A DNA stretch of 63,541 nucleotides, filler included, from Folioceros fuciformis (Eukaryota), in NCBI GenBank assembly GCA_049999805.1. It is 8 parts of 8 records of this genome, joined end to end, with 100 filler letters (N's around TTAATTAATTAA, not from the genome) between each part and the next. Parts side by side here need not be neighbours in the genome. Positions count along the whole stretch, not along the records: positions 1 to 5,243 come from JBNGIO010003878.1; positions 5,344 to 18,872 come from JBNGIO010003879.1; 6 more parts are not named here. The stretch is one strand, 5' to 3'. This document shows positions 1 through 12,004 of the stretch, one piece after another (position 1 is the first letter of the stretch; each line of letters begins with the position of its first letter). The translations under genes were made by a program, and so were the position numbers. Below the pieces are notes generated by a model. That model saw only the letters and a program-made list of their open reading frames with translations, was not told where the DNA came from and did no database searches.

Positions 1-5
1 TAATT

Positions 6-1896
6 ATGTATGAGGCGTATACCTACCACAGGGAGAAGTTGCTTAAGCCGAATAGTAAGGAGGGGGGGAGTGCACGTCCTTGCTACCTCTCGACTTACTT
101 GGTGCACCTATGGAAGACAGAAGGGTTGTTAACACAAGAGGAGTTGGAGGAGGCGGAACAACCTTTTGTAGTTGTCCCGTTGCAGGGGGAGGCTTTTCTT
201 TCCGGTGGAGTGTCGACCCCTCTTACGGATGAGGAGTCCCCACTTGATTCCGAATCAGCCATGGCAGCCTATGATGAGTCTGATGAAGATGACACCCCGT
301 TGATACGAAGACCTAGGGAGCAGCAAAGAGACCGAAGGCTACCATCAGTCACCACCCCCACAGCCCTAAATTCCGCCCCAACTGAGATGGAGACAGTGAG
401 GGATCCTGGACCAAGCCAGCCAATAGTTGAGGTAGGGTACCAGGTAGGGGATATGGCGATGACACCAGTAGTGCAAGCACATAGTGGAGCACCAGATTTG
501 GGGAGAAGGAGCCCAGTGAATTGGGAAGCAGCCCGAGGAGCACACGCCACAAGCCAAGGTAACGATACTTCGTTGGGAGTGTGGAGCAACATCATTTAGT
601 GTCGCCAACAGCTACAACACATCAATTGGGGAGAGGCCCGTGCAATGATTGCAACCCTACTACAGGAGGACATAAGTCGGGATGCAAACCAAGCACGACT
701 AGAATCCAAAGTGCAGGAATTGGAAAAGGAGTGAGAACAGTATCTCCTCAAGGATGGTGAGCAAAGGCAAGGACTGGAGAAGTTGACCCAGCAGGTGACC
801 ACGTTGCACACTTCCCAACAAGGTTTATCACATGAGATCATTGCATGTCGAAGGGACCTCGCCCAGTCTGAGGAAACTAGGAAGGTGGTGGAGGAACAAC
901 TACAGGAACAAGTCTACGTTGCAAAGGATTTACAAGGCAAGCTAGATGAGTTGGAGGCACAGAATGCTAAAGCGAACCAGGAACTCCAGCAACGCCTTGA
1001 AGCTGGGCAACGAGAGCGAGTGGAGAGGGAACAATTGACCATCCAATTAAAAGACCTTTGGCAGGAGAAAGCACAACAAGAAGCTGAGCACCAGACCAAG
1101 ATTCACAGGATGCTGGTGGTTCGAGCTCGTAGGTTTTGTGCTGACTATGCCTACTTGACGGGGTGCATGATCAAGCTTCATGCAACTCATTAAGAAAACC
1201 TTGACCTACAGTTGAAGGTAGGGGCGATGGAGGCTACAAGAGTCGCAACCCTAAACACCCTCGAATCTACAAGAGTAGATGCGAGGGTGGAGATTGGGTT
1301 GTTAACATGGATACCATAGATCTAGCTCAACAAAATCGCAACCTCCACCTACACCAACGTCTACTCGCTCATCACAAGGAACTAGCAACATTGGCAAGGC
1401 GAAGGTATCTTGGGCCACATGATGACGACCGTGAGGCCCTGGAGACAGTGCCCCTACCAACAGACTTTCAAGGGGACAGCAGTATGGACCTGGAGAGCTC
1501 GCAATGGGAACCTGAGGAGCTGCTATGGGCTAGGAAGAGCACGCAACAAGGGGTATCTACTCCCATAGGGAACCTACCTACGAGAGGAGGGGTAGGGAAC
1601 CTACCTACAAGGGGAGGGGAAGGAATGGTAGGGACCCTACCTACGGAGGAAGCATCAGATACCCTACCTACGGAGGGAACATTCCCACCCTATGTAGGGA
1701 AGGAGCCTCAAGTTGAGGAACAAGGGGAACCCTCCCCTACCAAACTTGTAGGTGGTGGTGAAGGGATAGCCCAAGAGATCCACACAGAGGAAGGTACGGT
1801 GGAAGCTCGTGGATCCAAAAGAAGACGAATCCCAATAATGGAGGGGGGCCCAATGGCTCAACCTTCAGACTCTGCCTCCCTTCAAGAGCCATCCTA
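6..1896 (+). mobile_element. Decayed, probably retrotransposon-derived accessory ORF (acidic low-complexity and coiled-coil segments), broken by stops
   Basis: Consecutive intronless ORF pieces 6-599, 783-1193 and 1307-1896 separated by premature stops. Heptad-rich Q/E/L coiled coil and internal GNLPTRGG/TLPTE repeats. No core RT/IN motif is visible, so the TE origin is an inference. Confidence 0.35.
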
Positions 1897-2556
1897 NNNN
1901 NNNNNNNNNNNNNNNNNNNNNNNNNNNNNNNNNNNNNNNNNNNNNNNNNNNNNNNNNNNNNNNNNNNNNNNNNNNNNNNNNNNNNNNNNNNNNNNNTGTG
2001 CGTAGTTAAAGCTGGCCGCGGCTAGTGGTAGGTAGGAAGCCGTCTCCATCCTATATAAGTAGAATGAAGAACTTGAGCCAGAGGCCCCCGTTCTTTGATT
2101 GTAAGTGTTTCGTGACGAATAGAGAACCAATTTTTGTAAGCCTGCGTGGACATCCTAGCGGAAGGGGGAGCTATGAGTGCCCTTTCTGTTGCCGATCGCA
2201 AAGGTTCTTGTGATGTCTGGTTGAGAGTCTTGAACGTAGGGAAACGTGGAGTTGGATCGTGTAGAAGGTGTTGTGAGGAGACTTGTGGGGAAAGGTGCTG
2301 GGTGTAGGTAGTTGGAAGTTGGTAGGAGAGGTACTGGGGCCCTTCCAAGTGAAGGAATGGTTCCTTCCTACTAACTGGACGTGTTGAAGGTACGTGCTGG
2401 GAAAGGTTGAATGTCATAGGCGAACGATAAATAGAGTTGGAGGGAGCGGAGTAGGCTCAGAGGAAACTCGTTGGTTGCTGGGTGTAGGGAGACGAGCAGC
2501 TAGATTGTGGGTAGAGGAAGGTGTCGTAGGGAGCCTTGTGAGGAAAAGGTATCGAT

Positions 2557-2736
2557 GGACAACCATGGAGTGGTCCAAGTGAAGAAGCATGGAGTGAGGG
2601 AGAACCATGGAGTGGTGCAAGTGAAGAACCATGGAGGGAGGGACAACCATGGAGTGGTTCAAGTGAAGAAGCATGGAGTGAGGGGCAACCAAGGACTAAT
2701 GAAGAAAAATGGACTGATGCAAGTGAACAACCATGG
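2557..2736 (+). repeat. 180-bp ectopic copy of 3869-4048 (Trp-rich repeat of the UBX gene)
   Basis: Direct comparison shows the two segments identical except for about 2 substitutions. Confidence 0.9.
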
Positions 2737-3601
2737 TAGAAATCAGTAGGGGAGGTACTGGGGCCCTTCCAAGTGAAGGAATGGTGCCTACCTATTAATG
2801 GGACGTGTGGCCAGATTGGTAGGTACGTGCTTGGGAGAGTTGACTAGTGTAGGGGAGCGATAGACGTAGCTGACCAGGCTCAGAGGGGAGCGATTCCGGG
2901 GAAACCTACAACGACCGTGGGATTGATGTGGCCACGATACATGTGAGCGGGTGCCTGGTAGGGATACCATGCCCGCTTGCCCACAATGCGCAGCTATGGC
3001 AAGCATGCATTGATGTAGAGCGTGCTGAGAAAAGGCTGTGGCAGGCATGCATGGATCCAACTATGACACCAATCATTCAAGATCAGGAGAGCCCAATATC
3101 TTTGAGTGTACAAGCGAGCACAAGGGGGTTCTTGTGCAGCCTATGTACAATGCCTCTTTTAGTCTTGTAGGGTTGTATGATCACTTTGTTGTACACTTAT
3201 AACAGTGCTTCTATTTGGTACTCTATTAGATGTCCTAGCCTACATAACGAGCCTAGATAAAATGAAGAATGCACCTTTTTAAGCAAGACTTGTATACATA
3301 TATCGAGAATATAAATGAAGTACATACTATATATATGTGCTGCACATGATATTCTTTATCAAAGCAACTAGACATTCACGTTACTTTCCAAGCTCATAAC
3401 TAAGTATATGATCTTGTTGTCTTTTTAAGATTATACACAAATAGATGGTCAACTTAGCCAACTCTACACTTAGATTGCAAGAAACGTATAGAGCAACATC
3501 TTTGGAGAGGATATTGCTTAGATTCTCTTCACAATCTTCTAATCGGTATTTGCAATTGCGCTTCTGGATTCAAAATGGAGCACATCATTTGAGAAGAAAA
3601 A

Positions 3602-4984
3602 TTGGTAAGTGAAATCCATAACCAAGCTAATGAAGTGAAGTTGAGTGAGGCTTGCAAAGATGCCAGCCATGAAGAACCTTGCAACACAATCCAGGAAGGC
3701 GCCAATATGTGTTACCAACCATTGAGGAGTGAAGTCGACGAACAACAATGGAGCACAACTTATGAAGAATCTATTCTACTAGATAGATCACCACGGCCTT
3801 TGCAACCTTATAAACAAATGAGAGACAATCAACCATGGAGTGGTGCAAGTGAAGAAGCATGGAGTGAGGGACAACCATGGAGTGGTCCAAGTGAAGAAGC
3901 ATGGAGTGAGGGAGAACCATGGAGTGGTGGAAGTGAAGAACCATGGAGGGAGGGACAACCATGGAGTGGTTCAAGTGAAGAAGCATGGAGTGAGGGGCAA
4001 CCAAGGACTAATGGAGAAAAATGGACTGATGCAAGTGAACAACCATGGCCCGTTGAAATTGATGAAGAACCTAGTACAAATGGACAACCATGGTTTCAAA
4101 GCTATGAAGAAACCAGGGATGAGCAAGGCTATTCCAAGTTTATGTCTATGCAATTTTTTTGGGGAAATTTGCATGATGCAAAGTTGGAGGCATTAAGGAT
4201 GAACAAGTGGCTCCTAGCATACATCCATGGGGACATGATCATGGGATTCCCACATTTTGGAAAGTGGGAAAATTGTAGTAACAAGACTTTGAAGGATCTT
4301 ATTATACAATCGTTCCTTAAATGGGATGTCTTAAGCGACACCATAGAGATCTTAAAAGTGAAGACCTTTTACAATATAGGCGAAAGGACTTTTTGCACAC
4401 TTTTGATTGACCCACTTACTAGGCAAAAAATGAAACAATGGGATGCGAGTGACATAAGCTTAGACACATTGATAGAGCAATGGGCACCATTCACTTACAA
4501 AAGACCTTTCACAAGAGACATCATGGACCAAGAACTACCATTGGGGACCTTGTTTGAAGAGGGCAGCAAAGTGGGACCTTGGGATCTTCCAGCCAACCTT
4601 GTCGTTAAAGATGCACATTACAATGCTAGCTATCCTTGGTTTAAAACAACAAATCTTCCAGAGGAGCCACAAGAATCATGCGTTGCGTCAAGGACGGTTT
4701 GTCAAGTTGCATTACGAGAGTTGAATGGTCAACAAGTTCGGCGTCGTTTTTTGTTGTCTGATCCTTCCTCGTACTTGTGGTTGTTTTGTTTGAAGCAAGT
4801 GCAAGCGACTTGTTTGTTTCACAAGTTAGATGAGGAGTTTTATTTTACTACACGCAATAAACATGGTGTTGCAACTAACTATGCTTTTGATGCAATATCC
4901 TCAAAAACCATAGTAGAGGTTGGTGTAGCAAATTGTGTGCTCACCATGCAATACAAACACAGTAAAGTAATTAGCACAAAATAA
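3602..4984 (+). CDS. Intronless, diverged plant UBX-domain protein (UAS/thioredoxin-like + UBX; PUX7-like) with an N-terminal 14-aa Trp/Glu repeat; first in-frame ATG at 3707
   Basis: FFWGNLHDAKLEALRMNKWLLAYIH resembles the start of the UAS domain. LPEEP...CQVALRELNGQQVRRRFLLSDPSSYLWLFC resembles the PUX7 UBX domain (LPEEP..CRVGVRLPDGRRVQRNFL..DP..LLWSFC). Confidence 0.7.
   Translation: MVSEIHNQANEVKLSEACKDASHEEPCNTIQEGANMCYQPLRSEVDEQQWSTTYEESILLDRSPRPLQPYKQMRDNQPWSGASEEAWSEGQPWSGPSEEAWSEGEPWSGGSEEPWREGQPWSGSSEEAWSEGQPRTNGEKWTDASEQPWPVEIDEEPSTNGQPWFQSYEETRDEQGYSKFMSMQFFWGNLHDAKLEALRMNKWLLAYIHGDMIMGFPHFGKWENCSNKTLKDLIIQSFLKWDVLSDTIEILKVKTFYNIGERTFCTLLIDPLTRQKMKQWDASDISLDTLIEQWAPFTYKRPFTRDIMDQELPLGTLFEEGSKVGPWDLPANLVVKDAHYNASYPWFKTTNLPEEPQESCVASRTVCQVALRELNGQQVRRRFLLSDPSSYLWLFCLKQVQATCLFHKLDEEFYFTTRNKHGVATNYAFDAISSKTIVEVGVANCVLTMQYKHSKVISTK
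3829..4000 (+). repeat. 42-bp in-frame tandem repeat, about 4 units, encoding QPWSGxSEEAWSEG
   Basis: Units of caaccatggagtggtNNaagtgaagaagcatggagtgaggga are seen directly. Confidence 0.95.
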
Positions 4985-5243
4985 AAGTAACTAGAGGAAA
5001 ATGCTTCCATAAAGTGACCACAAAGTTGTAATTGAAAAGATGTTACATTTTTTTGTTATAATCTTTTGTTTTAACTATTAAAAATAGAAAGGAAAATCCC
5101 ATCTACCCTATAAATGAGGAGGATCGAGGATCTAAGAGGCAGGCCCTTGAAAGACCCTAGCCTCTGGAATATCTTCATGGTCTCATAATGTCGTGAGAAA
5201 TAACAAAAGAGTCATTAATATTATAATCTTAATTCTAAAGTAT

Positions 5244-5343
5244 NNNNNNNNNNNNNNNNNNNNNNNNNNNNNNNNNNNNNNNNNNNNTTAATTAATTAAN
5301 NNNNNNNNNNNNNNNNNNNNNNNNNNNNNNNNNNNNNNNNNNN
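5244..5343. other. Artificial scaffold linker (44N-TTAATTAATTAA-44N). Same linker cores at 18917, 26095, 29372, 42604, 51806 and 60449
   Basis: An identical 12-mer giving stops in all six frames sits in the centre of seven 100-bp N blocks. Confidence 0.97.
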
Positions 5344-5655
5344 ACCTCAGGGATCCTACCCTGTTGCGAATGGTGCAGGCCAAGTGAGCAGAGGAGCAGG
5401 ACCTCAGGGATCCTACCCTGTTGCGAATGGTGCAGGCCAAGTGAGCAGGGGAGCAGGACTTCAGGGATCCTACCCTGTTGCGAATGGTGCAGGCCAAGTG
5501 AGCAGGGGAGCAGGTGCCAAGAGAGGAGGGGAGCAGGCGCCAAGTGAGCAGGGGAGCAGGCGCCAAGTGAGCAGGGGAGCAGGCGCCAAGTGAGCAGGGG
5601 AGCAGGACCTCAGGGATCCTACCCTGTTGCGAATGGTGCAGGCCAAGTGAGCAAC
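5344..5655 (+). repeat. 57-bp minisatellite with 22-bp subrepeats
   Basis: acctcagggatcctaccctgttgcgaatggtgcaggccaagtgagcaggggagcagg recurs at 5344, 5401, 5458 and ~5607. Confidence 0.95.
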
Positions 5656-5825
5656 CCGAAAAAGGGAGAAGGCAGCGGCGGTGCGAAGGGGACTACGAAA
5701 CCCTAAAGCAAAAGATGGCAAAGACTGCAACGGGAGAGGCGGGGGACAACATGAAGCCTGTCATGGCAGGGGACAACAGGCGGGGGACCTGACCGTGGGA
5801 TAAAAAAAAACAGAAAAAAAATTGC

Positions 5826-6012
5826 TATACAATGTAGAGGTAGGGTTGGATGACGTAGCGAGGTAGAGTATACAATGTAGAGGTAGGGTTGGATGACGTG
5901 GCGANNNNNNNNNNCGAGGTAGAGTATACAATGTAGAGGTAGGGTTGGATGACGTGGCGAGATAGAGTATACAATGTAGAGGTAGGGTTGGATGACGTGG
6001 CGAGGTAGAGTA
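5826..6012 (+). repeat. 43-bp tandem repeat, at least 4 units
   Basis: tatacaatgtagaggtagggttggatgacgtRgcgaggtagag is repeated head to tail. Confidence 0.95.
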
Positions 6013-6431
6013 GAGTCCCCATCGGTATTCCGTAAGACTGTTGTCCAAATAAGTAGTCATATTTATTCCTACGAGTTAGAATATTTTTCTCATTGTAAGC
6101 CGTTAACAAAAAAAAATTATAGTAAAATATCTAACCCTAAAGCTCGACTGGAGACAACCCTAGCATGGAGTCTAATTGCAAACCCGGCCTAGAACAGCAT
6201 CCTGCACACTAATACAGTACACCGGAACATGAAGGGAGACCGAGTGAAATCTTTTCCTTTCGAGCCAGTGCACGACAAACTTTCGAAAGCAGGTTCCCAA
6301 TTCCACTCCGGATGCCGGAAGAGAGTTTTAGAGGGCGCTCCGTCTGTACAGAGAAACGTGTGTAGCAGGCGGTTGGCCGGCGATGAGACAAGATGGGTTT
6401 GTAGGGGTTTTAGGGATGTTGTTAGTTAGGG

Positions 6432-9400
6432 TTAGGTTTGGGCGCGGACGAGGCGGGCGTAAGTGCCATGAGTGGCCATCAAGTCACTGTGGGTGCCCGT
6501 CTGGTCTAGCACGCCCTGGCGGAGCACAGCTATGGCGTCGGCATTGCGTATGGTGGAGAGGCGGTGCGCCACCAGCACGGTGGTGTGCCTGCCGCTTCTC
6601 ATGAGCTGCCACAGGGCCTCCTGCACCAGCCTCTCCGACTCCACGTCCAGAGCGCTGGTGGCCTCGTCCAGCAGCAGGATCTTGGGAGCCTTGAGCACAG
6701 CCCTGGCGATGGCGATCCGCTGCTTCTGCCCGCCCGACAGCTGCACGCCGCGGGGGCCAACGGCTGTGTCGTAGCCCTCCGGCAGCGCCGAGATGAAGGC
6801 GTGCGCGTTTGCCATGGTGGCGGCCGCCACCACCTCCGCCTCCGCCTTTTTCTCCTCCCCGCTTCCGTACAGAATGTTGTCGCGGATGGACATTTGGAAC
6901 AGCACAGGCTCCTGCTGCACCAGCCCTATCTGCCGGCGCAGCCACCGCACGTCCAGTGTCGTCATGTCCCGTCCGTCCAGCGTCAGGTACCCAAACGTGG
7001 GCTCGTAGAAGCGCTCGATGAGTGCGATGACGGAGCTTTTCCCCGACCCGCTCTCGCCAACCAGGGCCGTCGTCTTGCCTGCCTGGATCTTCAGCGACAG
7101 CCCGCGCAGCACCAGTACGTCGGGCCGGCTCGGGTAGCTTAGCTGGACGTCCGTGAGCTGGATGTGTCCCTTCACCTCGGACACCTTCTTCTTGCCCGTC
7201 GGGCCGCCCGAGTCCTCCCCTTTCAGCTGCCGCTGACGCTGGCGGTCCACGATGGAGAAGATGGAGGCGAGTGCCTGCCTGGCCTGGACCAGAGCCGGCA
7301 CTAGGGTCATCACTTCCGCCAGGGAGTAGGCGGTTTGTGAAAGGCTCTGGAACGTCTGCAGCGCGTGCAAGAAGCTGTTGAGCCGCTTCTGGACCAGTAC
7401 TGAGCAGAACCACAGGCTCAGCGCGGAGCTGGCGTGCAGACTGAACTGGCTCACGCCGAAGATGGCTCCCACCTTGGCGGACCGTCGCAGCCCTTTCTTG
7501 CTTGGCCCTTCAAGCACCTTGTCGAACCTGCCCAATACCTCCTCCTCAGCCGAGAAGGAGATGACTGTGCGGAAGTTGTTCACAGCCTCGGCTGCCACTT
7601 TGTTGGCTTCCTCGTGTTGATTGCTCAGCCTCGCGGAAAAGCCTGCCATGGATTGGATCTGTAGGCACAACCATCATGACAATCACAAGCTACCTTACTT
7701 AATAAATCCACGGCAACGAACGGTTTCGGACGGCCTGCGCAAATCTACTTCAACCGAAGCATTGCCAAACGGAAATACGGAGAGCTAGTGGGGCTCCTGG
7801 AATTACCATGGTGATGCCTCCGGCAAGGTAGAAAGGCAGGCACCCGATGGCCAGAAGCACCATGCGCCACTCGGTGAACAGGCCAACGACAATGGCAACT
7901 GTGAAAGCAGCCACGTTCTGCACCACCTGAGCCGCCCGATCCGCCACTGCCGTTTTGATGGACATGGCATTCGAGGTGAACCGACTCAGGATAGCCCCGC
8001 TGTTGTTCTCCTCCTGGTCGAACCAGCCAACCTCGAAATCCAGCATGGCTGATGGCATCCGCGTGCACATGGATGGCATTGCACACAAGTTTGCAAGCAG
8101 TGTCACATGAGCTCCAGATCTCCTGGACCTCCAGGCAGCCAGCATCACTAGTCTTCTGTAAATGGAACGAGTACGCGTACTACGCTTGCAACAAATTCAC
8201 TCACCTGCAAACATGTCTTCTTGGACGCGCTTGCTCACCGCCTCGCCAACCCTGCCGAAGCAGTAATGCTCTAGCGCATTACCCAAGAGGGACCCAACTC
8301 CCAAGCCTGCGTACACGATGATCCACTTTTGGATCGTTCTTTTCATCCTGTCAGTGTCCGTGTCGAAGAAGGCAACCGTCACCTCAAACAAGTAGAAGAT
8401 GAAGAGAGGTGTCATGGCGCCCGCGATCACACTTCCAACGCTCCCCAGCACCGTGTAGGGCCAGCTCGGGAGAGTCAGCCTGAACAAACGCACCAGCAGC
8501 AGGGAGACTGATTTTCCCTCGTCTTCACCATCCACCTTCTTCAGTTCCGGATCATGCCCCAGCCCTGAGTACTTGTGGGCTGACCTTTCCTGCATCTCTG
8601 ACTCAGTCAAGCTCATGCGCCGCCTGTGCGACGGTGTCATGGAGCCCGGGGAAAAGGTGATGGAGAAATCAGCCACCGATGCCGGAGAGAAGGGCATAGC
8701 TGGTGCCGGCGACATCCTTGAAACGAAGGCGGAAGGAGAGTAGCCCGGCAATGGCGACGCTGCTGCAAAGGAGCGGCGTGGGCCGGGTGCCAGCGCTAGC
8801 CCAGAGCTGCCGGCAAATGACCGCCGCGCAGGCTGCCCATAAGTGTGCAAAGGGGAGCCTGCCAAGGAGCTGTGCTGGGAGAAGGAATGTCGAGCTGGAG
8901 ACTCGGCAACTCTGCAGTGCAGTGCGCACAGACGCGCGAGTCAAGACATGGTTCACGAAATGTGCAAAACCAACAGCCAATGGCATGCATTGCATCCATC
9001 CCCACTCAGACTGAATTTCAATTTGGCAAACCTGCGTGGTCCGCCAGCTGCGTTCTGCTGCGTCAACACCATAGCCTTGTACACGCCGTTCTCGTTCTCC
9101 ATGGGCTCCTTGTGCGATCCCTGCTCCACAAGCTGCCCCAGCTGCATGACGGCAATAATGTCCGCGTTGCGGATAGTGGCCAGTCTGTGCGCCACCACCA
9201 GCGTCGTCCGCCCCAGCATGAGGCTGTCCAACGCCTCCTGCACAACCCGTTCCGACTCCGTGTCCAGAGCGCTGGTGGCTTCGTCCAGCAGCAGAATGGT
9301 CGGATTCCGGAGTATGGCCCGAGCAATCGCCAGCCGCTGCTTCTGGCCTCCTGACAGCTGGAATCCTCTCTCTCCCACCTGAGACTGGTAGCCCATAGGA

Positions 9401-11606
9401 AGCTTGGCGATGAAGGAATGCGCATTTGCAGCCTTGGCTGCGCCTTCGATGGCATCATCCGTCGCCTCAGCGCTGCCGGCAGCTTTGCCATACGCGATGT
9501 TGTCTCTGATGCTGGTGGCGAACAAAGAGGGCTCCTGGCTCACCAGCCCGATCTGGTTTCTGAGCCATTTGAGCTGGAGCTGCTTGATGTCGACGCCGTC
9601 CAGCAAGATCTCCCCGGCTGTGGGATCGTAAAAGCGCTCGATGAGGGAGATGACGGTGCTCTTGCCCGAGCCGCTGCCGCCAACCAGAGCCACCACTCTG
9701 CCAGCCGGCACGTACAGGGACAGGCTGTTGAGAACCAAAGATTTGGGCCTGCTCGAGTACGCGAAGCTCACATTGTTGAACTCGATGCGGCCTTTCACCT
9801 TCTTCAACCGCTTCGCATTTTTGGCCTCTTCTACCACAGGCTTGCGATCCAGGAGAAGAAATATCTTGTAGGCTACAACCCTGGCCTGCGCAAAGGCTTG
9901 GAAATCCGGTGCCGCTATGCCTAAGGACCTGACCACACCCGACACTTGGCATCACAAAAACACAGCCTTCACAGATCTAGACAACATGCAGCACTCTGAC
10001 AGAAACACGTTGGTGGTGTCCACAAGGGCACCGTAGGCCACATACATTCCACCGAAGATGATGGAGAACACTGCAGTGATGACCCTGCCTCCAGTTGACT
10101 CCCCGTGGCCCACCAGCACTCCAGCGTACCAAAGCAGGAGAGACCAGGAACAGTTCACGGCTGCTGTTAAGGATCCAATTCCAAGACCCTTCGCTAACCC
10201 GGCTCGCGTGCCAATGCTGACGGTGGATTCCAGGGCCTTGGACAACGCCTTTATCGCGCTGGATTCTTCCACATAGGAATAGACTACCCGAATCTGGGTG
10301 ACGGCCTAATAGCACACACCACGCACCACATACATGTTCATAAAAGCACCAGCCCCAGCCATCGCGATGGCGATGGTGAAATAATTGGCGTGTTCATGCT
10401 CACCTGTTCCACCACGCTGGTGGCTTGGCCATAAGCCTCTTGTGATTGCGCACTCAGTGACACGGCCACCTTGTTGTATACTGCCCCGACAAGACCGATC
10501 GCAGGAACGGTAGCCACCGTCAACAGAGAGAGCTTCCAGGCGTAGAAGAATCCTACCGCCAATCCGGACACGAATGTACTCATGTGCTGCACCAGGTGGC
10601 CCATCTGCAGTACCTCAAACGCAGTCACATGCAGTCAAGCTTTTATTTGTTGGCGCAACATATGGCAGACACGACGCCGTGCTCATTGCTTTTGCGGTCA
10701 CCTACCTTGTCGCTGGTGCCATCCTGGATGATGGCAATGTCGGAAGAAATGTGGCCAACGATGGCAGCAGTTTGAGATTCCGAGTCGAAGTATCCAACAT
10801 CCTGCCTGAGCACAGCTCTGAGCACCTGGGACCGGAGCTTCACAGCCTGTCGCTCTCCCGTGTAGATCCAACACCCCACCTCTGCACATGAAATTCGCTT
10901 CAGACTCGACAGACTACTGGAAAGCCGCGGCCCAGCACGCAACTGTTCATAAATTCACCAAGAACGTCATGGAAGCGGTAGCTTACGAAGAGTAGAAGTG
11001 ACGATTGTGGTGCATGCAAACACGAAGGAGAAGATGGAGAGCTGCAGGCACAACGGTGTCACATCAGTCGCTTGCACCCCGGGCTCGCTGCCAGGGAAAC
11101 TCAGACAGTTAGTGCACAGCGGTTGCCTTTTGGAGAGGCGGATGAATTCATACATGTGCGATCCGTGCAGCCATTTTGGAATTTTCGTCTGGGTCGCCCT
11201 GGTATGCACCCAAGGCGTTCACCATGCCTCCGAACACGATCATCAAGCCAGGCAGGACGAGGCCATGGCCGAACGCCGCGATGCTCCCCACGGCCATCAG
11301 CAAGTAGTCGAAAGGCTCTGCCATGGAGAACATCTTGCCAGCAGGGGCCGCCAGCGCTGTCGCTTCCCCGGCCTTAGGGTTTTCCTCTACGCCGGGGCCA
11401 GTCTTCCCCTCCGCATCCGGAGGCCTGCTCACCCCACTCGCATCCGAGTGCATCTCCTCCGGGATCTTCGTGAGATCCCCAGAAGGATCGAACACGGCGC
11501 TGTGGCGGGGCGTGGTATCCGCCTCCGTGACAGCGTCCTGGCCGCGGCCCCTATCCCGGCGGGGTCCGGGACTCTGGCCATTCGGATTCCTACCCTCGGG
11601 AGGCAT
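6432..11606 (-). CDS. ABCB: Full-size ABC transporter subfamily B (MDR/P-glycoprotein; TMD-NBD-TMD-NBD), about 9 exons
   Basis: Two NBDs with Walker A ([16 protein letters not shown]), signature LSGGQKQR, Walker [13 protein letters not shown] and H-loop AHRL. TMD motifs [16 protein letters not shown] and [17 protein letters not shown] introns. ATG at 11606 with an in-frame stop upstream. Confidence 0.95.
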
Positions 11607-12004
11607 GGCAGGAATGCGGGGCACGGCGTTGCGGTCGCGGCGCGCTCGAGCTCATGAACGAGCCGGGCTGCTCAACAGACTGCACTGCCGTCGCGACTGC
11701 CCAGGGACTGGCCTGGCCACGTCCAAAGACTCTTAGTCCCTAAGGACAGCGCCACTCAAGGTTCCCATTCCTGAGCCACGGCCGGCAGCCGAAGATGCTG
11801 TCAAAAGCCGCCAACATCACTCCCGTTCAAACACCAACATGTATGTTAAAACGAATAGATTTCCCGGCGCCGGCGGGGTCACAGCCGGCCTCACAGCATC
11901 CAAGCTCCCACCACGCGGGCAAAAGAGGTAGATCATTGGCAGCAGAGCACGTCCTAAGCTTGCCAAGTGGCTCGCACATGGAGGGTGGCCCGATGGACCC
12001 GTGG

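Noticed and set aside
5288-5299. Recurrent palindrome TTAATTAATTAA as a biological motif
   Set aside because: It is always centred in 44N+44N blocks, so it is an assembly spacer.
5344-6012. Regularly spaced repeats resembling a CRISPR array (also 43709-43850, 52741-53125 and 55452-55600)
   Set aside because: The units are head-to-tail with no unique spacers, there are no cas genes, and the context is eukaryotic. These are ordinary minisatellites.
6472-9955. Long alternative-frame and antisense ORFs over the ABCB exons (e.g. 6484-7413, 6564-7142)
   Set aside because: These are shadows of GC-rich coding sequence with no recognisable motifs.
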